From: Gemmatimonadota bacterium
Lineage (GTDB): Bacteria; Gemmatimonadota; Gemmatimonadetes; Palauibacterales; KS3-K002
Direction: 5' to 3'
NCBI GenBank assembly: GCA_039586795.1
Contig: JBDHJS010000068.1
Location: 1 to 13,984 of the forward strand
Length of the DNA: 13,984 bases
In this document: positions 7,829 through 13,984 of the stretch, piece by piece
How positions within the stretch are numbered: the first letter of the stretch is position 1
Layout of the letters: each line of letters begins with the position of its first letter
Translations under genes and position numbers: made by a program
Notes under the pieces: generated by a model
Told to the model about the DNA's origin: nothing
What the model saw: the letters and a program-made list of their open reading frames with translations, nothing else
The model's database searches: none

Positions 7829-8866
7829 CTACGCAACTCGGCGATAAGTGTCGGTCACAAGCACGACCTTCCCAGTGTGCCCCCCTCGTTCGAGTCGCTC
7901 ATGCGCTCCGGACGCATCGGCCAGCGGGAACCGTTCGGAAACAATCGGTCGGATCAAGCCCGAAGCAGCCAGGTCGATCAGTCCAGAGAGCGTCGAACGG
8001 TACCAACCCGGATTCGCCAACGCGTGAGTGCCGACGTCCGGAGTCACCGGTACCGAACGTCCACCTGGAAGGCGGCGCAACAAGGAGGCCATCAAGAGAC
8101 TGGTGAGGCCGATACTCAGGCCCTTGTCTCTCGTCGCGGCAGAGCCGAGCCAAACCAGCCTCCCGCCGTGTCGGAGCGTGCGGTAAGAGCGCATCAGCTG
8201 TCTCGCGCCCCCGACCGTGTCGACCACGGCATCGACCCCGTCGCCGGTCAGTTCAGCGATTCGCTCCACGAAGTCTTCGGATCGATATTCGATCGGCTCC
8301 GCGCCAAGTCGGGATACGACGGGCAGATTGTGCTGAGATGCCGTCCCGTACATCTCGAGCTCGGCGACTCGACCGAGTTCCAAAACCGCCGAACCAACTC
8401 CGCCAGCCGCCCCATGCACGAGGAGCTTTTCTCCTGGCTGCACACGTCCGTACTCATGTAGATGGAGATGCGCAGTCAGGTAGTTCGCCACGAGGCAGAC
8501 CGCTACGGCTGCATCCAGGTCTTCGGGCACTGGTACGAGTTCGCCTGCCGGTAGGCAGATAGACTCCGTATAGCCGCCGCCAACACCCAGGGCCCAGGTG
8601 GCCGCAGCGACTTTCTGACCGACCGCTAGTCTCGAGACATCCGGCCCGAGCTTGTCGACCCTGCCCACCACGTCTTCACCGAGCGCGAAAGGCAGCGGAG
8701 GGCAACCAGGCAGTCGACGCCAACGCCTGTAGATGAGATCGAACCCAGAGACGCCGGCGGCCTCGACCACCACCCGGGCCTCACCGCCTGCGGGCTCAGG
8801 GGGCTCTTCGGTGCTCGGTAAGAGAACCTCGGGTCCACCGTGTCTCGATACGACGATGCGTATCAT
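7829..8866 (-). CDS. Medium-chain dehydrogenase/reductase, NADPH:quinone oxidoreductase-like
   Basis: GGPEVL, GED.VG.V, HGAAGGVG nucleotide-binding motif, C-terminal GKVVL; GAGGAG SD. Confidence 0.88.
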   Translation of the reverse strand: MIRIVVSRHGGPEVLLPSTEEPPEPAGGEARVVVEAAGVSGFDLIYRRWRRLPGCPPLPFALGEDVVGRVDKLGPDVSRLAVGQKVAAATWALGVGGGYTESICLPAGELVPVPEDLDAAVAVCLVANYLTAHLHLHEYGRVQPGEKLLVHGAAGGVGSAVLELGRVAELEMYGTASQHNLPVVSRLGAEPIEYRSEDFVERIAELTGDGVDAVVDTVGGARQLMRSYRTLRHGGRLVWLGSAATRDKGLSIGLTSLLMASLLRRLPGGRSVPVTPDVGTHALANPGWYRSTLSGLIDLAASGLIRPIVSERFPLADASGAHERLERGGHTGKVVLVTDTYRRVA

Positions 8867-8884
8867 CGCTCAAGGTACTCCTCT

Positions 8885-8904
8885 GCTGCAAACGTTTGTT
8901 AGGC
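8885..8904 (-). repeat. Truncated attC (R''/L'' only)
   Basis: gctgcaaacgtttgttaggc is 19/20 identical to the right end of the 115-bp family. The rest is missing, and the next gene's SD follows directly. Confidence 0.85.
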
Positions 8905-9135
8905 CGCCCCTTCTTTCGACTTTTGCGGCTTCCAGTGCAGCGCAAGGCGTCGACCACTCGCGGCGCAATCTCTAAGGTAAAGGTTTATCAATGTCTGGTA
9001 CGGGATTCCGGTCTCCGCGGCCAGGTCCTTGAAATAGGCAATTGTCGACTCATCGAGGCGAATCGTCACCGGCTTCTTAAGCCGCTTGGCGTATGGATTC
9101 CTTCGGGCCTTCGAAAAATCGTACTGCTTCCTCAT
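8899..9135 (-). CDS. brnA: BrnA-family antitoxin
   Basis: MRKQYDFSKARRNPY...KKPVTIRLD...YFK..A...GIPYQTLINLYL; ATGA overlap with the toxin stop; its own TAA lies in the attC R''. Confidence 0.9.
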   Translation of the reverse strand: MRKQYDFSKARRNPYAKRLKKPVTIRLDESTIAYFKDLAAETGIPYQTLINLYLRDCAASGRRLALHWKPQKSKEGAA

Positions 9136-9428
9136 GGCTTCCACCTCTTTTCGTACTCCGCGCGCTCAGGGCGGGTCGCCTTCCGAGCGGAAATGATTTT
9201 GATGATATCACCGGCTTCCCGATAACAGTGACAGACCACAAGAGTCCGCAGACTGGCACTCAGACCGAGCAAGACAAACCTATCTTCATCTTCGGAATGA
9301 TCGGGATCATCAATCAGCAGGGCCCGCTCATCAGAAAACACGGTGAGGGCTTCCTCGAAGCTGACGCCGTGCTTGCGCTGGTTGGCGGTGTTCTTTCGCG
9401 GATCCCAGTCAAAACGAAGTTCGGCCAT
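9132..9428 (-). CDS. brnT: BrnT-family ribonuclease toxin
   Basis: FDWDPRKN..N.RKHGVSFEEA..VF.D...DHS..EDR...LG...IISARKAT..E...Y. Confidence 0.92.
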   Translation of the reverse strand: MAELRFDWDPRKNTANQRKHGVSFEEALTVFSDERALLIDDPDHSEDEDRFVLLGLSASLRTLVVCHCYREAGDIIKIISARKATRPERAEYEKRWKP

Positions 9429-9433
9429 AGCTT

Positions 9434-9463
9434 AATGTACATACGATGTATGTATACTGTCAA
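9434..9463 (-). promoter_or_regulatory. Cassette-internal promoter of the TA operon with operator palindrome
   Basis: Minus strand TTGACA (9463-9458), 18 nt, TACATT (9439-9434), then 5 nt to the ATG with no SD. Palindrome TACATAC-N3-GTATGTA at 9438-9454. Confidence 0.75.
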
Positions 9464-9486
9464 TCAGCGTGTGGGGAGGATGGACG

Positions 9487-9601
9487 GCCTAACGGTTCTT
9501 CGTTTCAGCGGCGCCGTGACGTTGTCGCGGCGTCGCAGGAACACCCATACAGAATAGCCTACCCCGATGCATAGCGCGCCCGCTGCAAACGCTTGTTAGG
9601 C
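9487..9601 (-). repeat. attC site, 115-bp family
   Basis: gcctaac...gttaggc ends; arms cgtttcagcggcgc / gcgcccgctgcaaacg pair with two extra bases. Confidence 0.95.
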
Positions 9602-9621
9602 GACGTGTTCACACAGCGCAG

Positions 9622-10086
9622 CTAGGAATCGTTCGAGATCAGGGCAGCGAATCGCCACTGGCCGTCGGCACCGCGGCGCAGCACATGGACGTACTTGCGG
9701 GAACTACTGAATCCGGGCATGGTTGGCTCGATGGATAGATTCTGCGTGCCCACTTCGTATGCCAAATCGCCAACACCGTATAAGTCGACGGGCAACAACT
9801 CAAGGCTTGTGACCGTTACGGCCTCGAACATGGCTGCGTTATGTGCCTCTAGCTCCGCCCTGCCAGTGATCAACGGTGCCCCTGGATGCAAGAGCTGCAC
9901 CTCCTCGGTGCATAGTTTTGCATAGGCAGCTGCGTCGCCGGCTTTTATGGCGTCTATTACCGCGCCTCGCAGGCTGTCGATGGCGGCGATATCATCAGGC
10001 GATAGTGTCGGAGGTTCTTCCGAGCTAGTGTTGCATCCCACTGCCAAGACGCTCGCTAGGATGGACATAGCCACGATTGTTTTCAA
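9622..10086 (-). CDS. SnoaL/DUF4440 (NTF2-like) lipoprotein
   Basis: TTG start at 10086 after GGAAGG (the longer ORF-track start lies inside the attC); lipobox LAVGC; GD..A.A.L.TE..., GR, KY..VLRR..DG.WR motifs. Confidence 0.82.
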   Translation of the reverse strand: MKTIVAMSILASVLAVGCNTSSEEPPTLSPDDIAAIDSLRGAVIDAIKAGDAAAYAKLCTEEVQLLHPGAPLITGRAELEAHNAAMFEAVTVTSLELLPVDLYGVGDLAYEVGTQNLSIEPTMPGFSSSRKYVHVLRRGADGQWRFAALISNDS

Positions 10087-10124
10087 GTGACCTTCCCATT
10101 TGGGGTTTGACTCCAACGAGTGTC

Positions 10125-10239
10125 GCCTAACGGTTCTTCGTTTCAGCGGCGCCGTGATGAACTGGCGGCGTCGCAGGAACATCTATACAGAAGCGCCCAC
10201 TCCAATGCGCAGCGCGCCCGCTGCAAACGCTTGTTAGGG
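10125..10239 (-). repeat. attC site, 115-bp family
   Basis: gcctaac...gttaggg; full-length match to the other copies. Confidence 0.95.
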
Positions 10240-11070
10240 CGACCGCTCGCTGGCGGAGAGAAGATCCAAATAGGCCCGGGCAAAGCGACGGCCTAGCTCG
10301 AGTTGTCCGTCTGTATTGTAGTGCACCTCATCCCCGTGCTTCGGCAAGTCATCAGTGAGCACCAGACGTGTACTGGAGATCTGACCTTCTGCCTCACGCT
10401 GCGCTTCCCGAACAAGGTCCGCCGCGGCCCAGCGGTCCGGTGGTGGGTTCACCTGCCCAAGCACGAATGGCGTGTTCGGTTTGCCAAGATCTTCACGCAG
10501 GCACTGGACCAACTTCTCCAAGTTCCTCAGGTATTCAGCGCCCGCCGCTGGGAAGTAAGCATCCCTCTCCCCTTGCATCCATAGGAAGCCGGCGAACTCC
10601 GCATCCGCCCGCAGCGGGACCAAAGCTACGATGTCTAGAAGATTCTCATAGAGAGGCCCGTCCAGAACGTTCTCTGTAATGGCAGCACCCACAGAATCCC
10701 AAACCGGCGCCCAAGCCAGCAGCGAGGTCGCATCCACTGCGTACTTGAGGAGCACGATTTGGCGTTCCGGCCAAGCGCTAGCCAGCTCGTGTGCGAACCC
10801 CACTTCCGGTCCGAACCGTTCTTGCTCCGCAAAACGGGTTAGCTCACCCTCGAGGAAATACTGGACATTCGCCGGGGTCCGGGCCATTTCCGGTGGGAGC
10901 TCCGCAGATACGCCACGGCCCACCATGTTCGACTGCCCAGCGAGGAGAAACACGACTTGGCTAGACTCTTGTGCGAACGTGCCACTCGCGAAGGCGCAGA
11001 TGGACAACCACGCCGGCATCAAGGCGTGTCGTAAGCGAGCCGGGCTATTCCAATGCGAGGGGCGCATCAT
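10234..11070 (-). CDS. Sialate O-acetylesterase / CE6-like SGNH esterase, exported
   Basis: LLAGQSNM, FGPE, WMQGE and DEVHY catalytic motifs; signal-like N-terminus; stop codon inside R''. Confidence 0.88.
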   Translation of the reverse strand: MMRPSHWNSPARLRHALMPAWLSICAFASGTFAQESSQVVFLLAGQSNMVGRGVSAELPPEMARTPANVQYFLEGELTRFAEQERFGPEVGFAHELASAWPERQIVLLKYAVDATSLLAWAPVWDSVGAAITENVLDGPLYENLLDIVALVPLRADAEFAGFLWMQGERDAYFPAAGAEYLRNLEKLVQCLREDLGKPNTPFVLGQVNPPPDRWAAADLVREAQREAEGQISSTRLVLTDDLPKHGDEVHYNTDGQLELGRRFARAYLDLLSASERSP

Positions 11071-11132
11071 GGCTCAAGTCACCTCTTACGTCTCGTGTAG
11101 TCTAGCCGCCGACCCGATCCCGCGCCTGGGCG

Positions 11133-11247
11133 CCCTAACGGTTCATCGTTTCAGCGGCGCCGTGACGTTGTCGCGGCGTCGCAGGAACAGCCATACAGAA
11201 GAGCCTACACCAATGCATAGCGCGCCCGCTGCAAACGCTTGTTAGGC
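11133..11247 (-). repeat. attC site, 115-bp family
   Basis: ccctaac...gttaggc; full-length match. Confidence 0.95.
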
Positions 11248-11263
11248 GGATTGGCTTGCGGAT

Positions 11264-11980
11264 TCATCGCTGGAGGTACGCCAGTAGGATCCCCAGCAAT
11301 TCGACCGCCTCGGTTCGCGTGACCTCCAGACGATTGTAGGCGAAAGCCGCATAGTTTCGCTCAGCGGCCAACTGGCGCTGCAAATCTGAACTTCGCAGCC
11401 TGTCGACAATGCCGGTAACATCGATCTCCAGCGCTGCCGGAGCCTGGCCACTGGACTGTCCGGTCTGAGGTAGGATGCCCGGTGGAACAAGACTATAGAC
11501 CATAGGAGCGTAAGCAGTGCCGCGCCGCTCGACCCTGTTCGCACGGTGTAGCGCATTCTGATAGTACTCGATTACAGCAGCGCGCACGGTAGCCTCTTGA
11601 ATCAGACCCAGGTTGCCTGTACTGGTGAGATCCTCAAACGTAACCGTACGCAAGGGCGGGATAATCCACCCGTAGTCCGTCCCTGTAGCAAGAGCGTTGA
11701 TAAGATCAGCTGTATCCGCTACAGAACGCGGATCCCCATCCGTGAGTTCAGCTAGCGACTCCAGGCTCTCCTGCTTCTCCACAAGACCCGCGAGGATGGA
11801 CGAGAGCGTCGCTGTATCCGCCTGGACATCTTCGTAGAGTCGCTCCAGATACTCTCTCTCCTGCGCTCGCTCATCACGTGACTGGTTCCATCTGTCAACG
11901 GCCAGGGCAACCAGTACACCAATCACGATAATCAGGAATTCCGCGATACCGCGACGCCAGCTAGACAACGGTGATTTCAT
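11264..11980 (-). CDS. Hypothetical N-terminally membrane-anchored helical protein (DUF6090-like)
   Basis: EFLIIVIGVLVALAVDRWN TM motif, a coiled-coil-like stretch and TF..L.STG.L.LI. The start is uncertain (11980 ATG versus 12025 TTG). Confidence 0.72.
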   Translation of the reverse strand: MKSPLSSWRRGIAEFLIIVIGVLVALAVDRWNQSRDERAQEREYLERLYEDVQADTATLSSILAGLVEKQESLESLAELTDGDPRSVADTADLINALATGTDYGWIIPPLRTVTFEDLTSTGNLGLIQEATVRAAVIEYYQNALHRANRVERRGTAYAPMVYSLVPPGILPQTGQSSGQAPAALEIDVTGIVDRLRSSDLQRQLAAERNYAAFAYNRLEVTRTEAVELLGILLAYLQR

Positions 11981-12028
11981 AGGCCCTAGAACAATTTCGA
12001 CGGCACCATGTAGAGACTCGGACAATCC

Positions 12029-12143
12029 GCCTAACGGTTCATCGTTTCAGCGGCGCCGTGAAGAGCCTGCGGCACCGCAGGAACATCTACATAGAAGAGT
12101 CTGCCCCGATGCATAGCGCGCCCGCTGCAAACGCTTGTTAGGC
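12029..12143 (-). repeat. attC site, 115-bp family
   Basis: gcctaac...gttaggc; full-length match. Confidence 0.95.
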
Positions 12144-12152
12144 GCCGTGCTG

Positions 12153-12641
12153 CTAAGAATCGGGGCCCGGTGGCGGCGCATCTGAATTCCAGATGTCCGT
12201 GCTTATCCGCCAGATCCCATCGGGCCCTTTTCGCACAATCCAGAGATACTTGCCGATCTCCGATACCGGATCGGCGGAGCCCGGCGGAACAAATGTCATG
12301 CTGAATGTCCCACGATTGTAGGCCAGGTTGTTGACACCGTCGATCGAGGCGGAGGCTGTCGTGAAGACCTTTATCTCAAGTCCTGACTTGCTGAACCAAT
12401 CCACAATTACCCCGCGGCCGATCACTTCAGCCAAGTTAGGTGGCATCAGAACCGCGTCTTCAGTGTAGAGAGAGGCAAGCGCCGTCCAGTCCTTTTCCAG
12501 AATACTCTGCCGAAACCGCTCATCAAGCTCGGCGATCGCAGCAGCGTCTTCCTCGCTAAGGGCATCAGGTGAAGGCGGCCCACAGCCGACGATGACCAGC
12601 AACAGTCCCATGCACGCAAGTGAGAAGCTTTGGATTATCAT
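12153..12641 (-). CDS. SnoaL/DUF4440 (NTF2-like) lipoprotein, first cassette
   Basis: GGAG SD; lipobox IVGC; LYTEDAVLMPPN...GR...GKYL.I.RK.PDG.W.I..DIWNSD. Confidence 0.88.
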   Translation of the reverse strand: MIIQSFSLACMGLLLVIVGCGPPSPDALSEEDAAAIAELDERFRQSILEKDWTALASLYTEDAVLMPPNLAEVIGRGVIVDWFSKSGLEIKVFTTASASIDGVNNLAYNRGTFSMTFVPPGSADPVSEIGKYLWIVRKGPDGIWRISTDIWNSDAPPPGPDS

Positions 12642-12674
12642 GATCCAGCTCCGTGTCAGAGGCTAGGACAAGGC

Positions 12675-12870
12675 GCCTAACAGGTCTTGTGCCGCCACAG
12701 CCAAGGGCGGCTGCGTCGGCCATGAAGCTGCCTAATCTGTCTTTGTAGAGGCTGCGCACGAGGAGTATGTTATTCAACATACAGCACTTACGGCCGATCG
12801 ACCAGTTTAGGCTGCGCGTGTAACACTGCTAAAGCGGCAGCCTAATCCGAAAGCAGCCTAATCCAGCCAG
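12675..12870 (-). other. Putative attI-like / array leader region with core site GTTAGGC
   Basis: Core site at 12675-12681 whose downstream bases complement the first cassette's R'' flank (12/13), but with no 115-bp attC body. Direct repeats gcagcctaatcc at 12837-12848 and 12853-12864; variants at 12727-12737 and, inverted, at 12807-12815. Confidence 0.5.
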
Positions 12871-12947
12871 GCTGTCGATGCCTGGTCACAGCAGGTGGTA
12901 GCGGTACAGTCGGATTGCGCTAGATAGTGCGGTTCCAAACTGTTGAA

Positions 12948-12990
12948 CACGTCAATGTCAACGCCCCGTCGTCGCGGGCGCTGACGCTAC
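12948..12990. repeat. Composite intergenic repeat element, copy 3
   Basis: cacgtcaatgtcaacgccccgtcgtcgc versus 1106-1133 cacgtagacgtcgacgccccgtcgtcgc (24/28, last 15 nt identical), same orientation. Confidence 0.6.
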
Positions 12991-13011
12991 GTCGACGAAG
13001 ACGAGCTTACC

Positions 13012-13983
13012 CTAGTCCTCCAATGTTGATACGTCGCCTTCGGGTAGGCCCTGTGCTCGGGCTTTCAATAGGCGACGCATGATCTTCCCGGAACGCGTCT
13101 TCGGCAGGCTATCCACGAACTCCACCTTCTCCGGTTTCGCGATCGGTCCCACTTCCTTGCCGACGTGCTGGATCAGCTCATCGGCTAGTTCGGGGCTATC
13201 AGGATAGCCGGCGCGGAGAATGACGTAGCTGTAGATCACATTTCCCTTCACATCGTGCGGGATCCCAATGCTCGCCGCCTCCGAGACCGCGTCATGGCTG
13301 ACCAGCGCCGACTCGATCTCCGCCGTGCCCAGACGGTAGCCCGATACTTTGATCACATCATCCATGCGGCCGATGATCCAGAAATAGCCGTCCTCATCGA
13401 CCTTTGCCGAATCGCCGGTCAGATACTTGCCATCGTACGTCGACCAGTACTGTTCGATGTAGCGGTCGGGGTCCTTGTAAATCCCACGCAGCATCGAGGG
13501 CCACGGCGTCGTGATCACCAGCTTGCCTTCCTCGCCCGGCGGTACCTGTTTCCCTTCCTCGTCCAGGATCTCTGCCGTGATGCCGGGGAACGGTCGGGTG
13601 CCCGAGCCCGGCTTGAGGGGGAACGACGGGACCGGAGTGATCATGAAGGCGCCGGTCTCCGTCTGCCACCAGGTATCGATCACCGGGCAGCGGCTCTTGC
13701 CCACCACCTCGAAGTACCAGCGCCAGGCCTCCGGGTTGATCGGTTCGCCGACGCTGCCCAGCAGCCGCAGCGTCGATGTGTTCCGCTTGTTCACCCACGA
13801 CTCGCCGAACCGCATCAACCCGCGGATCGCCGTCGGCGCGGTGTAAAGGATGGTGACGCCGTACTTCTCGACGATCTGCCACCAGCGGTCGGGGTAGGGG
13901 TAGGTCGGCGCGCCCTCGTACATGATCGATGTGGCGCCGAGGATCAGCGGGCCGTAAACGATGTAGCTGTGGCCGGTGATCCA
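13012..13983 (-). CDS. acs: Acetyl-CoA synthetase (acetate--CoA ligase), 3' part; continues beyond the window
   Basis: [35 protein letters not shown], GRx[15 protein letters not shown]. Confidence 0.95.
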   Translation of the reverse strand, partial: WITGHSYIVYGPLILGATSIMYEGAPTYPYPDRWWQIVEKYGVTILYTAPTAIRGLMRFGESWVNKRNTSTLRLLGSVGEPINPEAWRWYFEVVGKSRCPVIDTWWQTETGAFMITPVPSFPLKPGSGTRPFPGITAEILDEEGKQVPPGEEGKLVITTPWPSMLRGIYKDPDRYIEQYWSTYDGKYLTGDSAKVDEDGYFWIIGRMDDVIKVSGYRLGTAEIESALVSHDAVSEAASIGIPHDVKGNVIYSYVILRAGYPDSPELADELIQHVGKEVGPIAKPEKVEFVDSLPKTRSGKIMRRLLKARAQGLPEGDVSTLED

Positions 13984-13984
13984 G

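Larger units (their letters stand above)
2127..12681 (-). mobile_element. Integron gene-cassette array lacking a nearby integrase (CALIN-like)
   Basis: Co-oriented minus-strand ORFs separated by attC-type imperfect inverted repeats bounded by RYYYAAC...GTTRRRY. Stop codons of two ORFs lie within R'' (8899-8901, 10234-10236), cassette ends are mutually complementary, and a TA cassette is present. No tyrosine recombinase ORF occurs between the flanking housekeeping genes. Confidence 0.92.

Noticed and set aside
10087..10182. N-terminal extension of the 9622-10182 ORF
   Set aside because: It starts inside the attC repeat; the SD and lipoprotein signal point to the TTG at 10086.
6179..12143. 115-bp repeats as a CRISPR array or MITE family
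   Set aside because: The repeats are too long for CRISPR, the intervening DNA is whole genes, there are no cas genes or target-site duplications, and the ends fit attC core sites.
12930..12961. TTGACA on the minus strand as the -35 of a Pc promoter
   Set aside because: No convincing -10 at 16-18 nt spacing, and the hexamer lies within the repeat shared with 1106-1133.
12682..13011. Remnant of an intI gene
   Set aside because: No ORF or fragment with tyrosine recombinase motifs was recognisable by eye; a tBLASTn/HMM search would be decisive.

Overview
GC-rich bacterial chromosomal window. Between two housekeeping genes (3' part of acetyl-CoA synthetase at right; start of a probable class II fumarase/aspartase at the left edge) lies an ~11 kb integron gene-cassette array read on the minus strand, with no integron integrase in the window (CALIN-like). 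It has five 115-bp copies of one attC family, one 133-bp attC of a second family and several half or degenerate attC sites. Cassettes are intact at the right end and increasingly broken or fused toward the left. Cargo: two SnoaL/DUF4440 lipoproteins, a membrane-anchored hypothetical, a sialate O-acetylesterase-like SGNH esterase, a BrnT/BrnA toxin-antitoxin pair with its own leaderless promoter, an MDR oxidoreductase, an ICMT-family methyltransferase, a DUF885 protein, a beta-lactamase-fold serine hydrolase, a 35-aa membrane peptide missing from the ORF track, a DinB-like protein and gene fragments. A 330-bp non-coding leader with repeated core-site-like motifs sits where attI would be. Related short-period repeat elements bracket the region. 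Protein family calls come from motif recognition only, not database searches.
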